From the NCBI GenBank assembly GCA_043716655.1, contig JAYSYF010000076.1, positions 1-50,376 of the forward strand: a stretch of 50,376 bases of DNA. The letters run 5' to 3'. Numbering within the stretch: the first letter of the stretch is position 1; every line of letters starts with the position of its first letter. The DNA is from Bdellovibrionales bacterium (GTDB lineage: Bacteria > Bdellovibrionota > Bdellovibrionia > Bdellovibrionales > JAMPXM01). Under the pieces are notes generated by a model. It made no database searches, was not told where the DNA came from, and saw nothing but the letters and a program-made list of their open reading frames with translations. The translations under genes were made by a program, and so were the position numbers. Below, in pieces: positions 1-9,102 of the stretch.

Positions 1-50
1 GACACTTCGAAAGTATTCGTCGCGAAATCCAAACGATCTATGGTCGAGAC

Positions 51-1208
51 GTGTCGGCAAGTCGTCCGTTTAGAACTGAAGACATTCGGATACGCGAACT
101 CGCGAAAAGAGCAGAAGCTTTCAGTTCGCCCGACGAAAACACCCGCTATCAAGCTTTCGGCGAAACGAGCATGGACGTCCTCGAGCGGTTCTTCAATATT
201 CCAGTGGGCGGAAAACACGATGCTCATCTTCAAATTAAAAATGAACAGTTCCGTCGCGAGACAAAGACACGAATTGACGATTACCTCTACGTCACTCGCG
301 GGCGTTCTCCTGAAAAAGCGGAATACAAAGTGCGCACCGAGTGGTTGGTCACGGTACAACACGAGGAACGTCGCGAACGCAGGTGGACGCGCGATATGCC
401 GGACTCTGAGGGCCGCATTACTCGGACGGAAACATATCAAGATACATTTACGAATCGCTTCATTTCGAAGTATCCCATGGACCGACAGGACACGATGCGG
501 GTGACATACGAAGAAATGCTTCAAAACGGCGTTGTGCCGGTCGAGCACTTAGGCAAGCTTCCGCCGCTGCCTAACGCTCAAGTTCGTGGCGATCACGCAG
601 TGAGTGCATCGAACGAAAAGCCGTTCATTAATTCACACGATTCTCTGCGGACAGATATTATTTTGGGACAAGCTGCCACTGTACGCCAAACTGAAAAGTT
701 CTATCGATCGCAGATTCTTCAAATCATTTCGGTTATCGACGCCATTACTAACGACGTCTACAAAGCGACTTTAGCAAAAGGCGAAGGTGGAACGATGCTC
801 GACAAGATTGAAAATGAAGAAAAACGTCTGAACTTAATCCGCGAGCGACTTTCGCAATATCAGGCACTTGGCGCTACAGCCATCAAAGACCAATGGGCGA
901 ATGATGTTGAAAAAGACTTTCGCGATCGCAACCGCGCCCTGCTCGATGTTTACGATCATATGGCAAAACGAATCGCCCATCTCGCTGAACAAGTGAGGCG
1001 CCGAACACCATCTCTGATCGTCGAGGATTCCGTTCCTAGCTATGAAAATCAGCTCGAGCTTCTAAAAGCAGTTCACGATCGCAATAAACACCGGATACAG
1101 GACATCGCCATCGGTGCGGGACTGACCGGCGCGGCTGGTTTTACATACCAGTTTCACCCCGGAATTCTGGACGCGATTCGAACCCTGTCCGATTCGGTCA
1201 GACCTTAG
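51..1208 (+). CDS. hypothetical protein, long member of a local paralog pair
   Basis: 385-aa ORF from GTG at 51. The frame has no stop back to window position 3, so the 5' end may lie outside the window. An alternative ATG at 171 aligns with the start region of the paralog at 1923. Two colinear conserved blocks are shared with 1923..2609. No motif I recognise. Confidence 0.6.
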   Translation: MSASRPFRTEDIRIRELAKRAEAFSSPDENTRYQAFGETSMDVLERFFNIPVGGKHDAHLQIKNEQFRRETKTRIDDYLYVTRGRSPEKAEYKVRTEWLVTVQHEERRERRWTRDMPDSEGRITRTETYQDTFTNRFISKYPMDRQDTMRVTYEEMLQNGVVPVEHLGKLPPLPNAQVRGDHAVSASNEKPFINSHDSLRTDIILGQAATVRQTEKFYRSQILQIISVIDAITNDVYKATLAKGEGGTMLDKIENEEKRLNLIRERLSQYQALGATAIKDQWANDVEKDFRDRNRALLDVYDHMAKRIAHLAEQVRRRTPSLIVEDSVPSYENQLELLKAVHDRNKHRIQDIAIGAGLTGAAGFTYQFHPGILDAIRTLSDSVRP

Positions 1209-1215
1209 TCTCATT

Positions 1216-1902
1216 ATGCATCCACCCAGACTGACCTTTGGCAGTCACGCCAAACCGGTAATCGATTGTGGAAACCTGTATAAGGAACTCTGGGCGCACT
1301 CCGAAGCAGCAATGCAATCGCTCGAAAAATCGACGACATTTTTTTGGTGGCGCCGTGCGCGGGTCGCAATCGAAGCGACGCCGAACGAAAATCTCGAGCG
1401 AGTGTTTTCTAAGATGTCGAAAAAAGATTTGGAAGAGATCTACTGGTCTGTGAAGTCAGGCGAGATGAAAGCGACACATAAAGAAGATAAGATGATCGAA
1501 GAACTTTGGCACATGGTCGACGACCTTGGTGAACGACCATTCTGGGGTCCTGCACCCGATCGCGGTTATGCGATTCGAGAAGCACTGCGAACGCACGCTG
1601 CAAGACACATGTTCACGAACGATCCGGGCTTTGCAGCACAGTTGACGGACAAAGCCTTAGGCAAGACCGAACTTGAAGTTCTGTCACGCTCCCTTGCAGA
1701 ACACGAAAAAAATGCGAAGTTCCCAAATTCGAAATGGTATGACCGAATGGTTCGGTTTTTTTCACCGCATTATGACCGCGTTCAAATCGTTCTTGCCGCG
1801 AACAACTCGATACGACGACGTCTTCAGAAAATGTACGAAATGGACAAACCTTCTCTTGATGCAATCGCTCGGTTTAGGGAACTGAGAAGGAAGCGGACTT
1901 AG
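1216..1902 (+). CDS. hypothetical protein (no recognisable domain), sandwiched between the two paralogs
   Basis: 228-aa ATG ORF, 7 nt after the upstream stop and 20 nt before the next start, so probably co-transcribed. Charged, Trp-rich, no signal peptide. Confidence 0.55.
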   Translation: MHPPRLTFGSHAKPVIDCGNLYKELWAHSEAAMQSLEKSTTFFWWRRARVAIEATPNENLERVFSKMSKKDLEEIYWSVKSGEMKATHKEDKMIEELWHMVDDLGERPFWGPAPDRGYAIREALRTHAARHMFTNDPGFAAQLTDKALGKTELEVLSRSLAEHEKNAKFPNSKWYDRMVRFFSPHYDRVQIVLAANNSIRRRLQKMYEMDKPSLDAIARFRELRRKRT

Positions 1903-1922
1903 GCAAAGTCGCTGAAGGCGAC

Positions 1923-2609
1923 ATGGACACAATCGATCGCGTGGTCGGCCAAGCTTGGGGACGTAAGCACAAATCGGAAGCGGTTCTCCCCGTCGCGGAA
2001 AAACATAACGTTCATCTGCGAATACGTAATCCTCAGTATCGCCGCGAAACTCCTGAGCGACGCGCGGCTTACTTACATGTAACGGAGAATCGCACTCCAA
2101 AAAAAGCCGAGTACAACGTCAGAACAGAGTATGTCGATAGCGTCAGCAATGAAACTTACAAAGAAGCGCTGAAAAAACCTGGCGAGACTAAAAAGATTGT
2201 CGCTGCCCTTGAAACCGAAGAGAAGGCATTGCGTGGGCACAAAGAAAAACTCGAGAAGTACCTCGCCAGTGAAGCAAGCGTGGTCAAGAGCCAGTGGCAG
2301 TACGATATCGAGAAGGATTTCCGTGATCGAAACCAGCAGATGTTGGTTCGCTTCGATCACTTGATTGCGCGAACGATTCACTTGGCCGAACAAGTGCGGC
2401 GGGAAACTCCGTCGCTACTGATGGAATATACTTTGCCTGCATATGACGTTCAGTTGGCGCGTCTCAAAGCGATTCGGGATAAAAATAAGAAGATCATTGT
2501 GCGGACATCGGTCGGAGCCACGACTGCTGCTGCAGGTACTGTGGGCTTTGTTTATCGCAAAGAGATCATGGACGGAATCCGAGAACTCACGAACTCGGAT
2601 CGCCAGTGA
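1923..2609 (+). CDS. hypothetical protein, short member of the local paralog pair
   Basis: 228-aa ORF. HLRIRNPQYRRET..YLHVTENRTPKKAEYNVRTEY and KSQWQYDIEKDFRDRN..HLAEQVRRETPSL match blocks in 51..1208. Gly/Ala-rich hydrophobic patch near the C-terminus. Confidence 0.65.
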   Translation: MDTIDRVVGQAWGRKHKSEAVLPVAEKHNVHLRIRNPQYRRETPERRAAYLHVTENRTPKKAEYNVRTEYVDSVSNETYKEALKKPGETKKIVAALETEEKALRGHKEKLEKYLASEASVVKSQWQYDIEKDFRDRNQQMLVRFDHLIARTIHLAEQVRRETPSLLMEYTLPAYDVQLARLKAIRDKNKKIIVRTSVGATTAAAGTVGFVYRKEIMDGIRELTNSDRQ

Positions 2610-2611
2610 AC

Positions 2612-3265
2612 TTAGAGTCTAATGCAACGCTCGGCCTGGTAGTAGCACGGTACCATTGAAGTTGGACTTGGTGTTGGCGAGCAGTTCATTTGAACCGGCG
2701 TATCTTTTACGACTTTAAATCCTGCAGCGCAGGTTGTGGCCGCGACGGTCGAGCAGTTTGTGATTGGATAAGCGGCGGAAGTGTCGGCCGAAGTATAATT
2801 GATAGCTCCATCGGCAGAACGAAGGCAAAGACCGTAGGTTTTTCCTTTAGCGTATGCTTCAGAAGCATCGGCCCCCGCAAGTTTCACGCACTTCTGCGAC
2901 TTGAAATAGCAAGGTACGAAAGTCGACGATGGAGTTGCGGAGCAATTCATTTGTACCGGAGTTTCAGTAACGACTTGGAAACCAGGGGCACAAGTCGGTT
3001 CACCCGTTGCAGCGCAATTCTGAATTGGGAAAACCGTGTCGGGGTCGGCACCGTTGGGTGTGAAGTTCGAACCGAATTGGCGAAGGCATGATCCGTAGAT
3101 TTCTCCACGAACAAATGGAAGTGCGACAGTTGGTGTTGTGCCTGGTGCTGGAGTCGTTCCCGCGAGAGGTGCCGACGAGCCCGGACCAGCTAAGCTTGCG
3201 TTTGGTTTAGATCCAACAGGATCTTGTCCTGGAGAACAGCCCGTCAAACAAAGTACAGAAAACAT
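2612..3265 (-). CDS. Cys-rich lipoprotein with a tandemly duplicated ~75-aa domain
   Basis: Lipobox LTGC at residues 7-10, then a Pro/Gly/Thr linker, then two repeats ending PVQMNCSATPSSTFVPCYFKSQKCVKL and PVQMNCSPTPSPTSMVPCYYQAERCIRL. The start codon is uncertain (see findings). Confidence 0.65.
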   Translation of the reverse strand: MFSVLCLTGCSPGQDPVGSKPNASLAGPGSSAPLAGTTPAPGTTPTVALPFVRGEIYGSCLRQFGSNFTPNGADPDTVFPIQNCAATGEPTCAPGFQVVTETPVQMNCSATPSSTFVPCYFKSQKCVKLAGADASEAYAKGKTYGLCLRSADGAINYTSADTSAAYPITNCSTVAATTCAAGFKVVKDTPVQMNCSPTPSPTSMVPCYYQAERCIRL

Positions 3266-3481
3266 AAGTACCGCAACTGCTGCTTTGACAAGAACCCCCT
3301 CAAAATGAACCGTCCACCCGACAATCTTATGAGCAAGCCCAGAGCCGTCCCTGGACCTCGCAAAGTCATTAGCACCGTCAATTGTCTCTCTATCGTCACA
3401 TTGTTCTACAGGTGTCCAAAAGAAAACCGCGACCAGTGGTCAGGTTGCCAAGAAGGTGGTTGAGATGAACACTGTCTATAT

Positions 3482-3925
3482 ATGTGGAAAATCGCGTTGG
3501 TACTCGTGGCGTCTTGTTTCGTCTCTTCATCCGCGTCTGCCCTTCCTTCGAAGGCTGACAAACCGTTCGTTGGCTGCAACGAATTGGCGACAGTGTTTCA
3601 AAATGAGATGACGGTGCCGTTCAAAACGATCGAAGACAAGCGAGTGCGCAAATGCGTGAAGCGACAGACGGTGAATTCGTTGAACATGCCACTCTACATC
3701 GCCACCGCTTTTTATGACAAAAGTTTAAATGAGCGTGTTCGCGCGTTCAACAAGCTGAAGTCGTACTCGTGCGAATCTGAAAATACCTGCAAGAAACTTT
3801 TTGGCTTTATCGACGCTCACCTGAAAGCGACGATTCTCACAAAGACTGTCGACTCGCGCGATCTCTTTTCGCGGCTCGATTCGTTTCGCGATCAACTGCA
3901 CTATGACCTGAACGCCGACCGCTAG
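3482..3925 (+). CDS. secreted hypothetical protein
   Basis: 147-aa ORF with Sec signal MWKIALVLVASCFVSSSASA. No recognisable domain. Confidence 0.6.
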   Translation: MWKIALVLVASCFVSSSASALPSKADKPFVGCNELATVFQNEMTVPFKTIEDKRVRKCVKRQTVNSLNMPLYIATAFYDKSLNERVRAFNKLKSYSCESENTCKKLFGFIDAHLKATILTKTVDSRDLFSRLDSFRDQLHYDLNADR

Positions 3926-4203
3926 TTTTACCTAGCGCAGTTCCGTAAAAATCCACTTTGAAACGGCTTCGAGATTCTTCGCCGCTAAAGCTGTGTTGTA
4001 CGTGCGTCCACCTCCATCAAATGTTCACCCGAGCCGACCTTGACCTCGCGGTGATACTTACCGTGGCCGATGCGCAAGCCAAGGCTTGCGGTCACGAGTT
4101 CTATTGCGATTGCGATTGTGCGGCAGTCGCGACTCGCAAAAGTCTAATGCCCGAGTCGCAGTAGTATTCTCCGCACATATGACAACGGAATTCTTATTAG
4201 CAA

Positions 4204-4956
4204 CTAACGGACGAGTACTTTGGAAGCGACAAACCCGTCCGGGGTTTCGATACAACGACCAGGAAACAACTTGTCGTGACGACGGAAATCGTGCGATTCG
4301 CCGAAAATAAGAATCGCTGACTCGTCGCTAGGATACGCATCGAAGTACTTGATGATTTCTTTTAGAGCGTACTCTTCACGCACTGTTGTGACCAATCGGT
4401 ACGGGACCGAATCCGTCGTCACAATTTCTTGAGTGACGACGGACGACGAATCCTTTTCCTTCATCCCTTTTTGGATTTGATTGATGATTACATTTTGTGT
4501 CGCAACATTCGGTACTACTTTACGAAGCATGGTTACCCGACCCGTCAACAACAAGACACCCTCTGCGCCTATGTCCACTAGTTGCCGTCGTTGTTCGTAC
4601 GTAAGGTCGGCGAATCTCTCTGGGATTCCGTAGGGAAAGAGAAGCTTTGTTTGCCTCGCAACTTCTTTCGTTTCATCAGAAAGTCGATCGAAGTATACGT
4701 TCTCAAGTATTTGCTCGGAAAATATCTGGGTGTTTGGATGAGCTTCAAGATATCGGGCGGTTCGGAATTGCGACTCCGCTATTTTCCGTTCCGTGATGTC
4801 TTCAACCCCTTGCGCCAGCGCCTTTTCGTGTAGCTGCGGAAGGAAGATAATCTTATGTTTACACCGCACACCCGCACCGCGGTTCACTTGAGCTTCAGCG
4901 GCGCAAACGGTAGAGATGATGAGTAGCAAAGGTACCAAGAAAAAACTTCTGTTCAT
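4204..4956 (-). CDS. secreted hypothetical protein
   Basis: I prefer the internal ATG at 4956 (GAGG 7 nt upstream), which gives signal peptide MNRSFFLVPLLLIISTVCAAEA. The ORF track's longer start at 5013 adds a non-signal extension. Confidence 0.6.
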   Translation of the reverse strand: MNRSFFLVPLLLIISTVCAAEAQVNRGAGVRCKHKIIFLPQLHEKALAQGVEDITERKIAESQFRTARYLEAHPNTQIFSEQILENVYFDRLSDETKEVARQTKLLFPYGIPERFADLTYEQRRQLVDIGAEGVLLLTGRVTMLRKVVPNVATQNVIINQIQKGMKEKDSSSVVTQEIVTTDSVPYRLVTTVREEYALKEIIKYFDAYPSDESAILIFGESHDFRRHDKLFPGRCIETPDGFVASKVLVR

Positions 4957-5054
4957 TATAGCCTCGTGTAAACTCGCTTGAAGCCGACATAGGCTATTCA
5001 CGCGCTTACACAAGCAGACGGAGCAACCACTGCGCCATGCCGTATCATCAAATA

Positions 5055-5084
5055 GGCGAGGCGAACCCTAGGGGACGCCTCGCT
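5055..5084 (-). terminator. possible intrinsic terminator after the stress-protein gene
   Basis: GC-rich hairpin (GCGAGGCG..12-nt loop..CGCCTCGC) 16 nt downstream of the 5100 stop, followed on the minus strand by TATTTGAT. Confidence 0.4.
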
Positions 5085-5099
5085 CTAAACTAATAGTTA

Positions 5100-5687
5100 C
5101 TAAAAGTTTTTGTTTGTAACTGTGCTGGTCGATGTTCGTGGTGGAAATTTCGAATCGGCGTTCGAATCTTCCTTCACTTCGTTGCTTGAAGCGATATCGC
5201 GTGCACCAGTTGCTTCGAGGATCTTTTTAGCACGAGCCGTATCGTCAGAATTTTCCGAGTGAACTGACAACAGGATTCCGCCATCTTTCACAAATCCTTC
5301 GTAACGTTTTGCTTCATACTCGGGGATTCCCATACCGACGAGGGCGCCAGTAACGCCGCCGAGGGCACCACCCACACTTGCACCGGCAAGTGCCGCCATG
5401 ATCGGACCGGCAGCGATGAACGGGCCTACTCCGGGAATCGCGAGCGCGCCGATGCCTACGAGCCAACCGAGGCCGCCACCGAGAACTGCACCGGTTGTTG
5501 CGCCAGTCGTTGCACCTTCAGGTGCCTTCGTATCTTTTTTGTGGGCGAAATCTTGTGTGCTGTCGCTCTTTGGCATCAACACAGAGATATCTGAATGGCT
5601 GAAGCCCGCGTCTTTCAGCGAATCAACCGCACGCTCAACTTCAGTTTGTGTTCTGTAAATACCGAAAACCGCTTTTTTGTCGCTCAT
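5100..5687 (-). CDS. general-stress-type protein (YflT/GSP17M-like N-terminal domain plus Gly-zipper membrane segment)
   Basis: N-terminus KAVFGIYRTQTEVERAVDSLKDAGFSHSDISVLMP, central Gly/Ala-rich hydrophobic GAVLGGGLGWLVGIGALAIPGVGPFIAAGPIMAALAGASVGGALGG, then PEYEAKRYEGFVKDGGILLSVH. The family assignment is from memory. Confidence 0.65.
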   Translation of the reverse strand: MSDKKAVFGIYRTQTEVERAVDSLKDAGFSHSDISVLMPKSDSTQDFAHKKDTKAPEGATTGATTGAVLGGGLGWLVGIGALAIPGVGPFIAAGPIMAALAGASVGGALGGVTGALVGMGIPEYEAKRYEGFVKDGGILLSVHSENSDDTARAKKILEATGARDIASSNEVKEDSNADSKFPPRTSTSTVTNKNF

Positions 5688-5701
5688 GGAATCTCCCTTT
5701 G

Positions 5702-6103
5702 TTATTGATTAATGCTGATTTGATTGTCGACTTTAGTAACGCCCGCGACAGTCTTCGCAAGCTGCTCGGCTTTCATCTTTTCTGCGGCCGATTCAACCGG
5801 TCCCTTCAGAGTCACAACACCGTTGATCGTTACGATTTTAACGTTATCGGCATAGGTAGAAAGACCTTCCTGCTTCACGATCGCCTGACGGATCTGGCGA
5901 GTGATCTCCATATCTCGGGTGCCCGACGATTGCTGACCGGCAGTCACTTCGTGCGAAGATTGGTCGCGCTGATTCACTTTTGAATTGTCGGCGTCACGAC
6001 TTGTACCAGTCGCGGCTGACGTGTCTGTGGCCGATGCCGGGTGTGTGATGGCTGTTGCTGCGCAAAATGCGAGAGCAAGTGTTAATGCTGTTGATGTTTT
6101 CAT
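5702..6103 (-). CDS. BON-domain periplasmic protein (OsmY-like)
   Basis: Start moved to ATG 6103 (GAGGAAAAAA upstream), giving signal MKTSTALTLALAFCAATAITHPASA. C-terminal BON pattern ITRQIRQAIVKQEGLSTYADNVKIVTINGVVTLKGPVESAAEKMKAEQLAKTVAGVTKVDNQI. Confidence 0.8.
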   Translation of the reverse strand: MKTSTALTLALAFCAATAITHPASATDTSAATGTSRDADNSKVNQRDQSSHEVTAGQQSSGTRDMEITRQIRQAIVKQEGLSTYADNVKIVTINGVVTLKGPVESAAEKMKAEQLAKTVAGVTKVDNQISINQ

Positions 6104-6265
6104 TTTTTTCCTCGTTGTTCGATGAACTTGTGCTCGAGGGTTTGCAATGTTGAAACCTTGTCGAGAAACAAACAACGAGTCACTCACTCAACAGCAGCGT
6201 AGAAAACTGGTACTTAAGGGGCGCACGGACACACCGAAAAACTTCTTCGCATCGCGGCGTAGGAC

Positions 6266-7498
6266 CTATTTGCGAGTAGTTGTCGTAAGTGACCGATTTA
6301 TTTGGATCTGTAAATTTTCGAGGTCTCGGATAATCGGATCGCGCATATCATGCTGCGGCATCTTTTTTAAAAACTCGGAAAAGCCAACCGCGAGCTCGCG
6401 CGTGTACTTTAACAAATCAGTATCGAACTTTCCGCTCGCTCGTCGGGCCGAGACAATTCGAACGGCGGAACGAAGCGTCTGCGCTTGCTGAAGTTGAATA
6501 GCCAGTTTTTCCGAAGAGGTCTCATTTAGGAATTCAAAGTAGACTCCGACACTCTTTAGCATTTGCAATGCGTGAGATGTCGGCGGTGCGGCTGCTTTAA
6601 AAGTTCCAAATCGGGGATAACCTTGTGCCATGACACTAGCTTCGACAGTCGTCATGACATGGCTTCGCATAGCGCCTGGCTTCACGCCGGCGGGCATCGG
6701 AATTTCGAACGTGGGACCGAGATGCTTTCCAATGCGCGAGACGACGTCGCCAGTGACAAAGTAGTTCGTACTGAGCAACTGCATCGTTTCGATTTTTTCA
6801 ATCCCGCTCAGTGGTCTCAAGAGATCGAGCGCGCCGAAACCATTGAACGTTACGAGTTCTAGTTGTTCTGGCAACATTCGGTGAAGCATGCGCCGTGAGC
6901 GAGCTTTGAACGCGAAGGCTTGTGCGAGTCCGCCACCCAAACTATGACCCGTGATGATCCAGTTGCGGGCAGCAATCGGAACGCCTGCGCGGTCGACATT
7001 ACGACAATCGATGAAGTAGTCCGCGAACTCTTCGACCCGCTGCAGCTGTCGTCGCCCCAGGCTCACGTCAGACATCCAGTCGAGGCCCGACTGCGTCCCA
7101 GCGAATGCAAAAATCCAAGGGTCTTCCGGATTCACAGGTGCAAAAACTCCGAACTTAAGACCGGTTTCGCGATCAGAAAAATAGCGCCAATGTTCGTAGT
7201 CATTCAAAACGCGCGTTCGAAAATCGGTATATTCACGAACCAGTTGCGCGCCCGTCTTCGCGGTTTCGAGATCCGATAGTTTGTAGATGAGCTGCGAAGC
7301 CTTCATCGCCAGCCAATGACGAACATCGGTTGGAATCAACGTCAGGGCTTTACTTGAGGTACCTTTTTGCTGGGGCGTCGTTTGCGAAGTTCGGTCGTAG
7401 CAAAGACCCAAATCTTGCGCGCGCGATTCCTTCATAAGTACGAGCGACATTAAGAGAAGAGTTACGAACTTGGCGGCGACGGTCATCACGCGCTTCAC
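6266..7498 (-). CDS. secreted alpha/beta-hydrolase, class-3-lipase-like
   Basis: Signal peptide (MKRVMTVAAKFVTLLLMSLVLMKESRAQ) and nucleophile elbow ITGHSLGGGLAQAFAF (GxSxG). Confidence 0.7.
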   Translation of the reverse strand: MKRVMTVAAKFVTLLLMSLVLMKESRAQDLGLCYDRTSQTTPQQKGTSSKALTLIPTDVRHWLAMKASQLIYKLSDLETAKTGAQLVREYTDFRTRVLNDYEHWRYFSDRETGLKFGVFAPVNPEDPWIFAFAGTQSGLDWMSDVSLGRRQLQRVEEFADYFIDCRNVDRAGVPIAARNWIITGHSLGGGLAQAFAFKARSRRMLHRMLPEQLELVTFNGFGALDLLRPLSGIEKIETMQLLSTNYFVTGDVVSRIGKHLGPTFEIPMPAGVKPGAMRSHVMTTVEASVMAQGYPRFGTFKAAAPPTSHALQMLKSVGVYFEFLNETSSEKLAIQLQQAQTLRSAVRIVSARRASGKFDTDLLKYTRELAVGFSEFLKKMPQHDMRDPIIRDLENLQIQINRSLTTTTRK

Positions 7499-7624
7499 AG
7501 CAAACTCGAAGCCAAGCGTAGAGGCTCCTCACTTCTCCACATGCTGAAGTTGAATACTTATTACTCGATGCCGGTATCAACTAGCGTGCAGGGAGGAAGG
7601 CCGAGCCGGCGAGCAAGAACCCGA

Positions 7625-7789
7625 TTACAAAACAAATAATGCCACCGATGAATGGGCGCTCAACATCCGTCGCAAGAACAGTTCCCATGAAATCTTGTGC
7701 CAGGTGCAGCGGCTGAAAAGGTAGAGTCCGAACAGGGCTAGAAAACCACCGACCATCAACGCGCCCCAAAACTCTGCGTTTGTTTCCAT
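7625..7789 (-). CDS. possible 54-aa small membrane protein downstream of the prohibitin gene
   Basis: ATG at 7789 preceded by GGAGG 6 nt upstream. Encodes METNAEFWGALMVGGFLALFGLYLF... with one clear TM helix. Too short for the ORF track. A second TM-like segment sits in another frame (7581..7688). Confidence 0.35.
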   Translation of the reverse strand: METNAEFWGALMVGGFLALFGLYLFSRCTWHKISWELFLRRMLSAHSSVALFVL

Positions 7790-7833
7790 ACTGGGCCTCC
7801 ACTTGTGTTGCGTTGCAAATCCCCAGCCCGTGG

Positions 7834-8664
7834 CTACTTATGACCGCCGAGGCCCACCGGTAACAAGATGTTCGCACCCGATCCGGCGCCGACGACGAGC
7901 GGTGAAATACCGTTCCATTTCTCGACAATTTGGAGCTGGACGAGTCCAGGATTGTCTTGAACGGCGCGGCCGCGAACGCGAATCGCCTCGGCCTCACCCT
8001 TCGCACGAATGATCGCAGTTTGCGCTTCGATTTCGGCCTTAGCTTGTGTGAATTTCGCTTTTGCCGCTTCTTGCTCTTGAACCATCTTTGCTTCGATAGC
8101 GGTTTCGAGTTCTTTCGAGAGACTGACATCTTGAATTACGATGTCTTCGATCACCAGAAGTTCGCCGACTTTTGCGCGACTTGATTCAAGTGTCTTCAAT
8201 TTGATTTCTTCGCGTTTCTTTACGATTTGTTCGGCGCTCTGAACGGCTGTCGCTTCTTTCAAAGCTTCGCTCACTCGAGGCGCAAGCAAACTGTCGAACG
8301 GATCACCGTAGTAATCCTGGAACATCTTAACGATCATGTTCTCGGGGATTCGGTAGAGGACACGAACTTCGACGCTGATTTGTTGAAGGTCTGAAGAATA
8401 GCACTCGGACTTCGACACCTGCGTCTGTTGACGAACCGAAACTGGAATCACGCTCGTAACGAACGGAAGTTTGAAGCCCAAACCCTCGGGAGCAAAGACC
8501 GGAGACACTTTACCCATCGTCACTAAAATCCCGCGATGCCCCGGCTGAATGATAAACGTACTGGCAGAGATGAGCACCAGTGCCACGACAGCGAGGACGG
8601 CGAGCTTCACGAATTTGCCATTCTCTTTAAGATTCCGAGCGAACTCTTCTGCTGGTGTTTGCAC
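7834..8664 (-). CDS. SPFH/band-7 (prohibitin/HflC-like) membrane protein
   Basis: N-terminal TM (LAVLAVVALVLISASTFII), PGHRGILVTMGKV, then a long Ala/Glu-rich coiled C-terminal part (EQEAAKAKFTQAKAEIEAQTAIIRAKGEAEAIR), typical of prohibitin-family proteins. Confidence 0.85.
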   Translation of the reverse strand: MQTPAEEFARNLKENGKFVKLAVLAVVALVLISASTFIIQPGHRGILVTMGKVSPVFAPEGLGFKLPFVTSVIPVSVRQQTQVSKSECYSSDLQQISVEVRVLYRIPENMIVKMFQDYYGDPFDSLLAPRVSEALKEATAVQSAEQIVKKREEIKLKTLESSRAKVGELLVIEDIVIQDVSLSKELETAIEAKMVQEQEAAKAKFTQAKAEIEAQTAIIRAKGEAEAIRVRGRAVQDNPGLVQLQIVEKWNGISPLVVGAGSGANILLPVGLGGHK

Positions 8665-8747
8665 TTTGCTTCCTTTGGCTGCGGTTAAACGACGACTGTA
8701 GCCGGGCAGGCCGACATGTCAAAAAGGAAGTTCAAATGAAATCTGAT

Positions 8748-8984
8748 TTACCGCAGTTGCAGACGCTCAGCGATGTTACCACCAGATCGTTTCATTTCAG
8801 GAAGCCGGTAAGCATCGCCAAAGACCACCGGCGCAACAATTTGATTTAGCATATCCAATGTTGCACCTTCGACGGATTTACCCCCGGTACCCGGTGTTCG
8901 AAAATGAACCTCTCTTCCGAGATTCTCGATGGTGCGTAGCAATTCGTGCTTTCTCTCTGTGCCACTGTCGGCGAACGCTTCCAC
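8748..8984 (-). CDS. hypothetical small protein (weak call)
   Basis: The only >60-aa same-strand ORF in the 440-nt gap between the OMP and prohibitin genes. GTG start, no SD, no recognisable motif. Confidence 0.2.
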   Translation of the reverse strand: MEAFADSGTERKHELLRTIENLGREVHFRTPGTGGKSVEGATLDMLNQIVAPVVFGDAYRLPEMKRSGGNIAERLQLR

Positions 8985-9102
8985 CTCATAGAGTTGATTT
9001 ATTTTCTGCCGACGTATTTCGCTGGTGTCGGCGCGCGCGAAGATCGCGGCAAAAGGGCTAGCAACAAATGGGCTGATGATGAGCTGACGTCAAGCACATC
9101 GA

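Noticed and set aside
3958-4164. 68-aa Cys-rich plus-strand ORF in the 280-nt gap between 3925 and 4204, with antisense alternatives.
   Set aside because: No SD or signal, and the Cys content comes from a GATTGC-type micro-repeat (attgcgattgcgattgtg). The opposite strand gives only start-less fragments. I leave the gap unannotated.
7581-8129. 182-aa minus-strand ORF overlapping the 3' third of the prohibitin gene.
   Set aside because: It lies in a different frame from a well-supported SPFH gene. The product is Arg/Ser/Lys-rich and of low complexity, and there is no SD. I treat it as a shadow ORF. Only its non-overlapping 3' end was considered (see the small-ORF finding).
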